A DNA stretch of 64,000 nt from Amoebidium appalachense (lineage: Eukaryota; Protista; Ichthyosporea). The position numbers were made by a program, and so were the translations under genes. Shown in pieces: positions 32,851 through 46,726 of the stretch (position 1 is the stretch's first letter; each line of letters opens with the position of its first letter). The stretch spans positions 2,803,087-2,867,086 of the forward strand of contig CAVNZM010000003.1 in the NCBI GenBank assembly GCA_963693365.1. The letters are read 5' to 3'. The notes beneath the pieces were generated by a model that made no database searches, had not been told where the DNA came from, and was given only the letters and a program-made list of their open reading frames with translations.

Positions 32851-33230
32851 CCGTGACATCGAGGGCACTCTGAGCTGTGTGCCGGGCCCAGCCCGGCGCT
32901 ATGTTACATGTGGCTGCAGACAGCCAATCAGCTATGCATGTGCCTAACCTTATATGGCAGGTGGGCGCAGCAGGCAAGGGCATGGCGGCAGCAGCACGAC
33001 ACCCTCCAATCAAAACTCAGCGCTTTGCAGGCCACACTGGCCCGCCTGCCCCCACCCACCAACCCTTAACCCACCCACTACCAACCAACCCTTCACCCCT
33101 GCCGGCCTGCAGCAAACCCAACCCCACACAAGGCAGCCTGCCTGCAGGTGCCCCGTATTTGCCTCTTGGTGCTCTGCATGCCTCCTGTTTTGGGCCTCTC
33201 CTTTCCTTTTTTGGTTAATTTCTCTCCCTC

Positions 33231-33551
33231 TCAGTTGGTCTTCTTTGCGGCCTCCTTTTCTGCCTTTGGCTTCTTGGGCTTGAACAGTGCAGCCCATACC
33301 TGCAAGGTTAGAAGTGTCAGCGCACCAATGGCTGCGCACAGGCACGCACCATATATGACATGAATGTGTACAGATGCATGAATGAGCCAATAGAATCATG
33401 AATGAGCCAATAGAATCACACTTCAATGAGAAGCACGAGCCATATAAGGCATGTATGACGTCACATGTATGAATGGGCCAATAAAATGAACTGCCTGCAT
33501 TCTTTGGTGATTGAAGGTTGTGAGCGGCACATGCCAGGTGTGGGTGCCCCC

Positions 33552-33595
<44 letters not shown>

Positions 33596-33818
33596 TAGAG
33601 CAAGGGGGATGGACAAGTGTGAGGTGGCGAGGGTGGTGATGGGGGAGGAGGGAGGGGGGGAGGGGGGGGGGGGGGGGGGAGTAGGATACGTACGGCCCAG
33701 AGAATGATGATGGCGGTGGGGACCATGTGGGGGATGAAGTTCATCTTGACCATGATGGCCATGCTCTTGGTGTAGTCCAGCAGCTCAAACGCCATCACAC
33801 CGTTGTGCAGCTGCAGGT

Positions 33819-33852
<34 letters not shown>

Positions 33853-33964
33853 GTGTGTCAGTCAAGTTATATGCAGGTTGGCCCAGATGTTAAGTAATGG
33901 TTGTGGGCACGGTGCAGATGTCTGTCTGTCTCTCTCTCCCCCTCTCTGTGTGTGCACACTACAG

Positions 33965-34001
<37 letters not shown>

Positions 34002-34832
34002 TGTGTGTATGTTTGTGTGTGTGCATGCTGCTGATGCGCGTGGCCATGCACGATGTGTGTGTGCACCCTCAACTGCACACAGGGCCCTACCACAAAAGAG
34101 CGCAGCAGCCACGTAGCCAGGATTGCCAGCCACTTGAGTGGTGGGGGGCAGTTGGGCCCATAGACGTATGCCTGCAGGCCTGCCGTCATCTCCATGCCTT
34201 TGTTCTCTGCAAACACCTGCACCCACCCAGTGTCAGTTAAAGTGCATGGGTCCCCCCCACCATCAATATTTTCAGGGCGATGGTCCCTTATCCCCCCCCC
34301 CCCCCCCCCCTCCCCCCCAACCACCACCAGCAAGACAAAAATGTCTCTCTTGCCCTCTGCCTCCCTCCCCACAACAATCATCACGACCCAAATCTTTTGA
34401 CTCTCTCTCCCTCCTCAATCCTCCCCCCCCCCCCCCCACCCTTCCACCCCAGAACAATTACTTCACTTACCCCCCCCCCCCTTCTTCCCCAAAACATATT
34501 CAATGATGTCTTGGTTCTCCCCCCCCCCCCTCCCCCCAACACACCTCCACACCGCATAACGTCCTCATATCCTGATGTAATTGACCCCCCCCCCCCCCAC
34601 CCCCTTCCTCCCCCCCCCCCCCCCCTCCCCACCCCCCAAAAAAAGAAAAATGACCGAAGCAAACCGAACAATCCCGGATACACACCCCACCCACATGCTA
34701 AATGAAAAACACACACACACACCTCGTAGAACTCAATGAAGAATGCGTAGAAGTATGCCCCGTGGAACCCATGCCAGATGGCCCTGCGGGGTGCAGTTAG
34801 AGAGGTGTATGGGCATCAGGGTTGGGTTGTGT

Positions 34833-34889
<57 letters not shown>

Positions 34890-35651
34890 GTGGTAGTGTC
34901 CGTATGTTGCTGTGGGCAAGGGTCATGTCTCTGTCAGTGCATTATGTTTGTGCTTTGTGTATCTCTGCAAGTCCAGGTGTGTGGCGGTGGAAGGCTGGGT
35001 GGCATGTTTGTTTGTGGATTAAATGGTGGTAGGGTGCCGCACATGGCTGTGTATGGGAGTACATGTTGTGTGCGGTGCAGGCAGCAGGGGTGGTGCAGGT
35101 GTGTCAGGTACGTGCCACGGGCAGAGGGGGGAGGACATGCACAGGGGGGCATACAGGAACATGAGGGTGGCCAGCTGGGAGTAGAGCTTGTTGCCCAGGA
35201 AGGCACAGCGCTTGTAGATGATGCGCATGGCCCAGTTGTTGGTGTTGATGTTGAACTGGGTGGGTAGATTGTTAGTGCGTGTTGATGCTGAACACTTGGG
35301 AAGAGAGGAGAAAGGGGAGGGACGGGGGGTGGTGGTGGTGGTGGTTGGGGGTAAACATATTGGGCTGTGTGTGTCGACGCTGAATGCCGGGGAAGGAGGG
35401 GTGATAGCGTATTGGTTGTGTGTTTTAATGTTTAAACCGAAAAGGGGCTTAGGCATGCAGCGTTCGACTGCACCCAAAAGCGTTGAAGGCCAAAGGCCCA
35501 AGAGCCAGATTAGTCTATCGTTGTGCCCACTAACGGACATCATTAGACCACTAAAGATGACAGGAACCAATCCGATGCCGGCATAGACATCTACTGTGCA
35601 TATTGATCTGGGTTGAGCCATTGGCACCGGTGTCACATACAGTGTAGAAAC

Positions 35652-35685
<34 letters not shown>

Positions 35686-38267
35686 ACACACACACACCCT
35701 CACGTGCACACTCACCGACTTGATGATGGTGGCCAGGTTCAGAGACGTGTGGAACTGCAGGGGCTCACAGTTGCGCAGACCCCTGCATCCCACCATCAGT
35801 GTGTGTGCTTCCCCCCCCCCCCCCCCCCCCCCCCCCCCCACAAAAAAAAAACCACACCCACACCCGCAGTAACCCAATAAGGCACCGACCTAAAGCCCCA
35901 TCACCTCTTTTCCTCCTTTACCCCACCAAAACCACCTGTCGACACACGTGTTCCCTCCCACAGTCACACCAACCCACCACTGGCCCCTATCTGCAACCCC
36001 CATGCACATGCCAGTCACCCCGCTATTACTAGATTTCCCCCCTCCTCACTCTAAGCAGACAAGAACAGGCCCCTTCCAAACTCCTCCGAACAGCCAAACA
36101 CTTAGTTTGATCTCGGCAACAACCCCTCCTTTCCCCACCACCCCCCGACAGAGCACACAACCCCCCCCTCCCCCCCCTCCCCCACACACGCACCACTTGA
36201 TGCTGCCGTCCTTGTCTCTGCCCGTGTATGAGATGCCAGTGAGGATGCAGGCAGCCTCAGCCATGAGCCAGCAGGCAATGTAGCGCCAGAAGAACACAAA
36301 GCCGCGCAGGAACATGAACCAGATCATGCCCCACACAGGTGTCTGCACAGCCACAGCCAGTCAGTGAACACCCAGCAATCCATGGTGCTTGCCCTGGTCC
36401 AGTTCGGCAGGTTCTCTGGTAACTCCCCTCCCCACCCCCATCCCCATCCCCCCAGACACACAGAAACCACAAACACATAAGTGCCCTTACCATTCCCTCC
36501 ACACACACACACACATGCACCTCACCCCCACGCCCAACCCCGCCCAAACAAGCACTTGCCCCCCCTCCCCCACTCCCCCCATTCAAGCGCACACGCACGT
36601 GCCCCCCTTCCCTCCCCCACCCACACGAGAACATGCATCCCGGGCCCCCGGCCCCACCCCACCCACCCACACATGCACATACACCCCCCACTCCCCGTCC
36701 CTGCCCCCCCCCCCCCCCCCCCCCCCCACACCCACACACAAGCACGTACCCCAACTCCCTCCCCCCACCCGCACGAGCACATGCATCCCTCCCCCCCCCC
36801 CCCCCCCCCCCACCCACCCACCTCGTTCAGGAACTCGTTGCTGTCGTAGTGGCTGAGGGGCACCATGGGGTTGACCACCTGGTACAGGCCCATGAACGCA
36901 ATCCCTGCCCCCCCCCCAGCACACCGTCAGCTGCTGTCCCCACCATCCCCCCTCCCCCCTTCATGCTCTTCCCTCTCAAACAGCTGACCATGAATCTTAT
37001 TTATGGTCTTGCATGTACTCACAAATTATTACCCGCCAGCACCCTGCAATCTATAAGCCTCCCCAACACCCATTCCCCGCACGCACCCTTGAGCAGGGAG
37101 ACGATGGCCGGCACCACATACTCGGACCGGGCTGGCCGGTTGGCTGCCCCTCCGTTGGTGTCGGCAATAAACTCCCTGTGGCCCGTGTCAGCCACACAAC
37201 CCAACCCTGCCCAGACCTTGTGCTATGGGATAGTAGGGGTGTGCACCTGTAGTTGCGGAAGGTGATCTGGGGCCCCACCAGGACCGCAGGGAAGAACAGC
37301 GAGTAGCTGAACATTTCCTGCACTGCATGGTCAGCACCCACCCTACCCAAACATACCCCCTTGGTGTCACAACCCCCTCCCTCCCCCCTCCCCCCCCCCA
37401 CTCCTCCCCACCACACACACACACACACACCAGAAGGCCGGGCAGCTCTGCAAAGTTGTTCTGGATCTGGTCTGAGGTCATGATGCTCTTGCCCTTGCTG
37501 TCGGTCTTGCCCACCTTCCTGCTGTCCGCATAGTCGAACGCGATGGCTACGCCCGATAGTCAGCAACTCGACAACAACCCCCCCTCTTTCCCCTCCCCGG
37601 CCCCTCATCCCCTCCTCTCTGTGCCTCCCCTTGCCCCCCCCCCCCCCCCTTCCCCCCCCCAAAACTCCCAACCCCCCCCCCCCCCCCCCTCCTCTCCCCG
37701 CCCCCCCAGAAAGGCGCACACACTACAAGCACGTACCGATCATCCGCAGACACATGACACACTGTGCCGTGGTCCAGTTGATGTCGTAGTCCTCCGTCTC
37801 GTATATGCTGCACACCACAGTCAGCACTGACCCCACAACCCCCCCCCCCTCCCCCTCTCCCGCCCCTCCCCCAGGGACCTACCGGTAAGCGGCCAGCAGG
37901 TAGACCATGTTGGCCACAAACGACGTGCCTGCCGCCGCAACCGTGGGGCCCATGACCGCCATAATCAGCCACGTGCCCAGAATGCTGGCCAGCACGTACA
38001 GCGTCTCCTGCACGCACACACGGTCAGCTCTAGACCCACTGCCCACACAGGCACACGGGGCACACGCACGTGCTCATAGTTGAAGTGCAGCAGGAACGCG
38101 CCTGCAGCTATGATGTACACGTGGCGCAGGAACACAGGCAGACGGTTGATCACAAACTGGTACACGGCCGCCAGCGGCACGCCCAGCACCAGCCCCAGAA
38201 TCAGCGCAAGGCCCGCGGCCGGGGCGCCAATGTCGTTGGCAAGCTGCTCGACCACCGCGTAAACCAT
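33231..38267 (-). CDS. LPCAT3: MBOAT lysophospholipid acyltransferase (LPCAT3/MBOAT5-like), ~14 exons
   Basis: YDINWTTAQCVMCLRMI-AIAFDYAD, FFPAVLVGPQITF, RYIACWLMAEAACILTGISY, FNINTNNWAMRIIYKR, catalytic-His motif FLAIWHGFHGAY, and C-terminal ER-retrieval KKTN-stop. Confidence 0.92.
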
Positions 38268-39527
38268 CGTGCCGTTGACTCAAGTGGGTACATACAGGGC
38301 AAGCCGTGTCTGTGTGCTGTCAAGGAGGGGACTCACACAGCCTCCCACGCAGCATTCCGGCGCCGCCGCTAGTGTATGCTGATTTCTCACCGCTTAACTG
38401 CTTTATTAAAATATAACGGCTCGTTTCTAGTTGTTTTGGTAAATTATAACCAATAGAATATGACTTTAGTAGAGCAATAGTTGCCGTAAATGTGTTTAGA
38501 CATGAATCCCCCGGGGTCACAGAGTCTGTTGCAGGGGGGTGGTCAAAACGCCAGCATTTATTTTTCGAACCCGTCACAACAGAGTAAAGGGTAAGAGAGT
38601 TCCAAATTTTTATGCTTAAAACTAGAAGAAGAATTACTAAAATGAATAATTGTTTATTGAGCTTTCTAGTTAATTGTCAAAATTTCGATACTTTTGAATG
38701 ACCAAGAAAATAGAAATAATAATAAGTTTTGCAAATCTGTAAGGATGAATACTCAACCCTCCGTTGGACACTCATTGGGGATTTGTACAATGTCATCGTC
38801 AACCAATCGCCACGATAGCGAGTTCCTATTGGTCAGGAATTGATCCCCGAAAACGCCCCGTTCAACGGTTGGCAAGTTGCAGTCTTTCAAAACAGTTGCA
38901 AATTGCATGTGTTTTAGCTATGCATAGCTCAGGCTGGCTAATGTATTAGCACTTTATATCTGTACTTGTAGCCAACGGGTTGTCCGCTGGCAACGCAGCC
39001 AAGTGGCTGTAGAAAATGAATGGCAGCCTAGACTGACGCCGACTGTGCTCGTCGTCAAATACCCCCCCTCCCCGGGCCCCCGCCCCCCGGGCCCCCAAGC
39101 ACACACACACGCATGCACACACCACGCGTTGGCACCTGGCAGAGGCTTGGCTACATGTACAGGCTCAGATGTTATGAAAAAGAAGAGCTTAATTAATAAC
39201 TTTCCATACAGAAGCCCTAAATACCAGGAAGATCGATATGACGCTGTGCACGTGGATGCACTTTCCCAACCCTTCTGAGTAGCAGATCTCTAGAGATCTA
39301 GATGGGAAATGGCTGGCATGTACATGTGCAACTGTGTGACGGGCAGTACCTGCCAACGCGGAACAACACCCGCTCCCTCTCTTCTCCATGGCCACCCCCA
39401 ACACATACGCGCGCGAATTCCTACAATTGCAAAGTGCACAAACAACCACACAGCGGGTACATGTGCGTCGCTCGATCGTCAGCTCAGAGTCAGCACCGAG
39501 GCGGAGCGTGTACAGGAGTACAGGTTT

Positions 39528-39583
39528 AAGGGGTTTACACACTTTTTATTGCGTGGACATTGCCGGAGGCCCAGCCACATTCG
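39528..39583 (+). repeat. Dispersed 56-bp repeat (copy of 17454-17509), preceded by TT to give TTAAGGGG
   Basis: Direct sequence comparison. Confidence 0.85.
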
Positions 39584-39696
39584 ACGGCCTACTGCGTTTT
39601 CCAGCACAGCCAATCCAATGCAGCCAGTGACATATGTACATGCTAGGCAACAATGAGCGCCATCGTAGTACTAGTATCTGACACCCCTATTACATA

Positions 39697-40560
39697 TTAT
39701 GGGTAAGCAGATGCTAGCATCGGTAGCTCCGAAAGAAAGTTAAGGCACCGGATCACAATATCATACTGTGCAGCATTAATAAGGTGATCTAGGATAGTCA
39801 TCTTAAAACGGATATATTGAGGAAGAGAGAAAGAAAAGAGAATAAAACCGCCAATAACCTCCGGTTCTAATACATTAGCTAACAGGTTGCATTTATTGAT
39901 AGATATGCAGCCGCGAGTAAACCGCCCCCCACACATATTGCACATACGAGCAGGAGACACCAGAAACCGATTACACCGCCAAGCCATAATCATCTTTGTG
40001 TTTTTACACCACACCACATTACGAATAAACGAATCTATGTATGAACGAGACTCTCTAACCGTATCCGCCATATAGGCTACTAGTAGTTGGTGTTTTTGCG
40101 GTCCTAACACCGGAAGGGACTCAACACGTAGAGTAAAAAGATATCTATCAGTCATAGACTTGAAATTATTCATATTCACACTATTATCTAGCCGTACCTC
40201 CGGGGGGGTCGCCAGCCATTCCACATAGCGCTCGGCAATGGGCAGAGACGATGGGGAAGGGAAGAGGTAGAGGGGCGAATCCGGCGGGGATGCGTGTAGC
40301 CGGAAGAGCGGGTGGTCCGGGGCACAAGCGGACAGGCGGGTGATGTGCTCGTGAAGCGTAAGGGCTAATTCGTGTACGCGTTGTGATGGTGGTGTGAGTG
40401 CGTAGAGAGAATCAAAAAGGCGTCTAGGGATAGGTGTGGAAAGACCAGTGAGAAACTAGTTCCGGCCGGGAAACCTCGGGTGTTGCATGAGGTTGGTATG
40501 ATCGGAATGCGTTGGCGGGAAAATGGCGCGCGAAAAATAACGGTCGCTTCTATGGAAGGA
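39697..40560 (-). mobile_element. 5'-truncated non-LTR retrotransposon fragment (ORF2 C-terminal zinc-finger region), a second family related to the LINE at 51.4-61.1 kb
   Basis: Intronless ORF with HEHITRL..DHPLF, WRCNRF..CNMCGGRFTRGCI..C and ILDHLINAAQYD. These align by eye with NKHISRL..GHPLF, WRSNKY..CPNN..FNRSCIAKC and ILDFILNTRNYD, the sequences downstream of the RT in the other LINE family. Confidence 0.7.
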
Positions 40561-40884
40561 TGGCACACCCTCTCAGCGGAACTGAGAAAATTCGCATGCA
40601 CACGCAGGGCATAGTATGATCAGCACGTACACAGCATAGGGGGTATACGGCACGCACACAGCGTAGGCGGTAGACGGCACGCACGTACACACAGCACAGG
40701 CGGCCCCGTAAGCACCGTGTGGCTGCCGGTGTGAGGGTGCAAACAGACAGGCAGAGAGGTGGGCCCATAGGGGCCTTGGAGGCCACACACAGGAGAATAC
40801 AGCCGGCACGCAGGGGCCCGTGCCAGAGGGCGGAGCAGTGTGCCGGGCAGATAGGCCGCACTGAGCCGGCACACAGACGCTAAA

Positions 40885-40927
40885 ATGGCAGACGCAAACT
40901 CAAGGAGGTCTCAGAGGTGCTGCAACC

Positions 40928-40965
<38 letters not shown>

Positions 40966-41536
40966 TCCTCCTCCCTCCCCAAAACCTACCACCACCATTA
41001 TCACCACCATCACCACCCACCCCCAACCGCCATCCCTCCGTCTCAGTCAGGGAGATTATTTTTCAGGCTGTGTATAGCTACGCTCGAGCTTTGCAACACT
41101 CAACACAGATAAAAAAGCAAACAGACTATGACGGGTCGAAGGCCCCACATGCAAGGAAGCAACATGTATGCTATACTGGCAGCCAATACCCACACAGCCA
41201 CACCATCTCAGCCAAGTAACACCCTGCCAGCCACAGTAGTCCAGGGGGCCACACCTGCACTCACACTCAAGGCGTGCACACGTGTACAGAGGGGCACGTT
41301 ATCTGCATGCCTGAGTGCGCATACAAGCACAGCCACACCCGGGCAAACACGCCAGTTGCATCCACAGTCAATCACACCTGCGCTGACTAAGGGGTGCTAC
41401 TTGCTTAGGCCAGGCACGCGCCACACACACATACCGAGGGACACATTTCACTATCACAGACCCATCCTTACACTCACATAGAGACTCACACTCTTCGTCA
41501 CACTGGTCACACACACAACAGACACGAGTGTAGGCA

Positions 41537-41629
<93 letters not shown>

Positions 41630-41683
41630 ACCCACCCACCACACACACACACACATGCCCGCACGCAGGCGCACACACGCATG

Positions 41684-41718
<35 letters not shown>

Positions 41719-41725
41719 AAAAACA

Positions 41726-41795
<70 letters not shown>

Positions 41796-42064
41796 ATCTC
41801 CCTTGTTATGGCTGCTCCCTGTCTCGTGCTCTGCTGCTGGCCGCTGGTGTGTGCTGCCGTGTGTGGGCCACCTCTTTTTGCACCAAGCACCCCTGCCCCC
41901 GTGTGTATCCAGTGTGTACTCACCCCCCACCACCCAGGCAGCGCAAGGCTGTGCACTATGACGAGAGTGACGAGGGAGAGGAGGGTCCACCCTCCCCACA
42001 AAAGGCACACACAGACGACTCAGAAGGTGGGTGCAGTGCACGGGGGGCAGGAAGCATGGGTGGA

Positions 42065-42129
<65 letters not shown>

Positions 42130-42430
42130 GAGGGGGGATGATAAGCTGACAGGCTGTGCACACAGACGACTTTGCCGAGTCCCCCCTTGAGCGGCGAAAG
42201 AACAACAAGGCCAAGAGCAAGGACAAGGAGCAAAAGCAGCAGAGGTGTGTATGGAAGGGAGGGGGGGGGGGGGGGGGGGGGGGGTTGGAGGGGTGGGAAG
42301 GAGGAGCTGGGTGGGTAGCTGAGGGGTGTGGGGTGCAGGCACGAGCACAGGCAGACACACGAGGGCAGGAGGGTGGCCGTGCATGACAGGCAGTTTGAAA
42401 AGGACCTGCAGAAAGCATTGGAGCTGTCCA

Positions 42431-42469
<39 letters not shown>

Positions 42470-44708
42470 CACATGTGCCTTGCACACTTCCATCATGTGG
42501 CCGACCCAGCGAATTGACATTGCCGGCAGAAACAAGCCGTGCAGGTGATCAGTCTGGACTCGGATGAGGACACCCCCCCACCTGCCCGCCCAGCAAAGAA
42601 AGGTGGGCGCATGCATGCACATCATGGGGGGGGCATCAATGGGGGGGGGGGGGGGTGCTGGGGTGCTGACAGTGTGAACCAGCAGATAAGAAGAGCCCCA
42701 AGCAGACAGCACGGCCACGGGCAGAGATAAGGTAGGCCGTGGAAGGTGGTGGAATGTGCTAGGGGGTGAGGGTGGTGGGGTGGCTACATGGCTGCGCATG
42801 TGTGCATGTGCATGTCGATCCCTTGGTGTGTGCATGTGCATGCACCATGTGGGTGCGTGAGCATGTGCATTGCTCATGTATTTGTGCATGTGCATGAATG
42901 TGTGTGTGTGCATGTGCATGCCAATTTCTTTGTGTGTGCATGTGCATGCACCGTGTGGGTGGGTGAGCATGTGCATGCATGTGTGTGTGTGCATGTGCAT
43001 GCATATGTGCATTCACATACATGTGTGTGTGTGCGTGTGCATGCACGTGTCTGTGACTCACCCTGCCAACTCGGTGTATCTGCAGTTTCACACAAGATAC
43101 TGTCGACACAAGCAGCCAGGAGGCCAGCCAAGACGTGGTGGGTGCATGCGGGTGTGGGTTTGGCATGTGTGCGCATGCGGGCGTGTGTTTGTAAATGTGT
43201 GCATTTTGGCGTGGGGTGTGTTGGTAATGTGTTCATGTGGATGGGCTGTGTGTTCGTAAATATGTGTTCATGTGGATGGGCTGTGTGTTCGTAAATATGT
43301 GTTCATGGGGATGGGCTGTGTGTTCGTAAATATGTGTTCATGTGGATGGGCTGTGTGTTCGTAAATATGTGTTCATGTGGATGGGCTGTGTGTTCGTAAA
43401 TATGTGTTCATGTGGATGGGCTGTGTGTTTGGCAAATGTGTGTATGTGAGTGGGGTGTCTGTGTGTTTGACGTGCGACGTGGGTGGGCTGTGTTTTGGCA
43501 TGTTGCTTCTTGTGTATGTGTGCACGTGAGGTGGTTGTGTTTTGTGCTTGTGAGCAGGCTGTATCATGGTGGCATGTGTGCACGCGTGTTGTGTGTGCCT
43601 GCACGTGCTGCTTGGGGCACTGACGGTGCATGCAGCCCCTCTCAGGGGTGGCGCCCATCCCCCCATCACCAGAAGACACCGTGCCAGCCACTACCAGGTG
43701 AGGCGCAGCCAGGGGTGTCGCATGATGTGTGCAGTGGGTCGTGCTGATAGGCGGGGTGTCACATGATGTGTGCAGTGGGTCGTGCTGATAGGCGGGGTGT
43801 CACATGATGTGTATAGTGGATGGTCATGATAGGCTGGGTGTCACATGATGTGTGCAGTGGGTCGTTCTGATAGGCTGGGTGTCACATGATGTGTAGTGGA
43901 TGGTTTTGATAGGCTAGGTGTCACATGATGTGTGGTGGGTCGGTCTGATAGGCTGGGTGTCATGTGATGCATGCAATGAGCTGTGCTGATTGGCTGGGGC
44001 TTACAGAGAGCCTCAGGCACAGCCCGACAGGACGATCGTGAAGGTGGCGTGTCCGGCCCCCAGTGTGGCACCACAGGCCAAGGTCTGTGGGCCACCATGC
44101 ATGCAGATGTGCACGTGGGTGTGTGCCTCCAGTCTAGGGTCCAACCTCCCACCAGAACAGACCCTGTTTGCGCATTCGACACTTTGCACTTTTGCATCCA
44201 CTGACCCTCCCTCCCCCCCCCCCCCCCCTCCCCCTGTTGGAGACATTCATGTACACAAACACTGCCTTGTCTCCCTATCCAACGGACAGCGGCTTATTTT
44301 ATTTTATTTTCCTTTTCTTTTTCAATTTTTCAAACATGTTTTTAAGTAACTGCACTCTCCTAGATGGTACACACTTGCTTTTACCGCCTGATTGCTTTCT
44401 AGCCACCCCATCCCCACGCAGCCATTCAAATGATAGACATTATTTGGATAATAGTGAAACTACTTGGATAGTAGTGAAAACTACTTAGATAGTAGTGAAG
44501 ACTACTTGGATAGTAGTGAAAACTACTTAGATAGTAGTGAAAGCTACCATGTGCTCACACCCCATCCCCATGCAGCCAGATCCAGCACCCACCCTGCCCG
44601 CTGCCACCCCAGTCCCGCCACAGAAAGTGGCTGTGGCCCAGAAAAAGGCAAAGCCCAAACCCACCCAGCCAACAAACGAGAACAACGTGCTCCATGAGAG
44701 GTGCTGCC

Positions 44709-44782
<74 letters not shown>

Positions 44783-45381
44783 CGTGCGCTCGCGCGCGTG
44801 CGTGTGTGTTTCTTTTTTGGCATGTATGGGGTTTTTTTTTGGGGGGGGGGGGGGGGGGGCTTTGGGTGTATGGGAAAGGTACCAGAAGGAAGACGGGAAT
44901 ATTTATTTGCGCATTCTCTCTTAGGGCTAGGGGTATCAGTGGGTAAAGGCTCTGGGGGCATGCATGTATGCATGAGTGCTGACTCCTTGCCTGGCTGTGC
45001 AGGCCGGCCACATCTGCCATGGCCAAACCACAGATGCCCACATGTGGCCAGATAGAGCAGACACCAGGTGGTGGTACGGCCTTCACCCCTCTAATCACCG
45101 CACATGCACAGCCCATATACTCAACCCCTTCCCCCCCCCCCCCCCCCCCCCCCTCCCCCCAAAAATAAATAAATAAATAGATAAACAAACAAACAAATAA
45201 AAAACCTCGGATCCCACAAGCACAACCAGCAAACATCTGCACACACACATGCAACACATGCACACAGACACCACCACACGGGTATGCTCAACGACCACTC
45301 AAGCGCACACACGATGCATGCATGTGCCCTGCATGAACACAAGGCACACAAACATCAACACACCTACGGAAGAACCAAGCA

Positions 45382-45424
<43 letters not shown>

Positions 45425-45737
45425 AGGGCGCCAAGAAACACACACATCCACCCATCACCACGACCAGCACTTTGCTGCCGTCACCACCAAGAAATCGCTG
45501 CAGACACACAGGAATGTTTACACACAGACACACTCACACGTGCACACGCTGCAAGCACCCAACCACCCTGCATGAAGCAAACGACCACACACACACACAC
45601 ACACACACACGCACCCACACACACACACACACACAGGAACACGGCCAGGCAGCACGTACTGTGTGGGGGCTGTTCGGCGGGTGGGCCTGTCACGGCACCA
45701 CCGGGCCAAGCCACTGCACCCATACCTCAAGCAGTAA
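40885..45737 (+). CDS. RAD51AP1-like disordered protein, multi-exon
   Basis: MADANSRRSQR|QRKAVHYDESDE..DDF; internal DRQFEKDLQKALELSK (42385-42432); last exon 45637-45737 encodes RRVGLSRHHRAKPLHPYLKQ-stop. These resemble, in order, the RAD51AP1 N-terminal, RDLEVALALS and LRLGLSR..VKPLHP motifs. Confidence 0.7.
43228..43428. repeat. Intronic minisatellite, 35-bp unit x ~6
   Basis: Unit TATGTGTTCATGTGGATGGGCTGTGTGTTCGTAAA. Confidence 0.9.
43720..43965. repeat. Degenerate ~41-bp intronic tandem repeat
   Basis: Variants of CATGATGTGTGCAGTGGGTCGTGCTGATAGGCGGGGTGTCA, about 6 copies. Confidence 0.8.
44445..44543. repeat. 21-bp tandem repeat (TAGTAGTGAAAACTACTTGGA) x ~5
   Basis: Visible head-to-tail copies. 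Confidence 0.85.
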
Positions 45738-45868
45738 TGCACGAACGCACAGTCGAAGGTCCTGTTTTAAACACCGTGGATTTAAATAAAATTTAATATA
45801 TGCTGGCTGTCCCAGCACGTCATTCGCTGTGTGCCATTCATGCCATATCTTGAGCCGTTCATCAGACG

Positions 45869-46688
45869 CTACGGTGCCACGCTGCCCAGGCCCAGGCTGA
45901 TGGCATATGTGGAAGGGCTGCCGGCTGCATCCTCCCTTGCCACGTGCATGGCCACGTGCACCTGCAGTGTGCCGGTCAGCAGATGTACTGTGTGCATGGT
46001 CATATGCACATGAGGCAGGAAGTGTGTGTAAAGAAAGAGAGCGAGAGCGAGAGAGAGAGAGAATGTGTGTGTGTGTGTGTGTCGGCGGGGGAGGGGGAGG
46101 AGGGGGGAGGAGCACATGTGTGTGCACAAATTCCTGTGCACACACATGTGCGCTAGCCAGGGAGCCCAGCCCTGTGTGCACGTTCATGCGGGCCCGAGAT
46201 TGAGAGAACGATGTGTCTGCCTGCAGAGAGAGAGACGGGGGGACGAGTGTGTGTGCCCGTGCATGTCGGGCTGCATGGTGTGCACTCTGGGCCTACCTGC
46301 AGGCTTTTACATGGGGCCTGGCGCCTGATGGTCAGCGCCATGCGCAATTGGTTGTGCCGCCGCCACAGCACTGGCCCACTGGGATCTACGGCTGATGCCT
46401 CTGCTCACTGTGTCAGTGCACGCCCACAGCAATGCGCCATGCACATGTGCATGTGCCCCAAGAGTGTGGGGGTGTGTGCATGCATGTGCCCGTGTGCACC
46501 TACCTTCATCCCCGTGCACGTCATCCAGCAGATCTGCCATGTCACTCTGCACTGGGTTATGGGCCCCCACAGACACACTCACTGCTGACACCACAACCTG
46601 GATCCCACCTGTCAGCCACTCAGATCCCTCCCCGCCCCCCTCCCCCCCACCCCCAAACACACACACCCACCCATAACATCCTCAAAAG

Positions 46689-46726
<38 letters not shown>

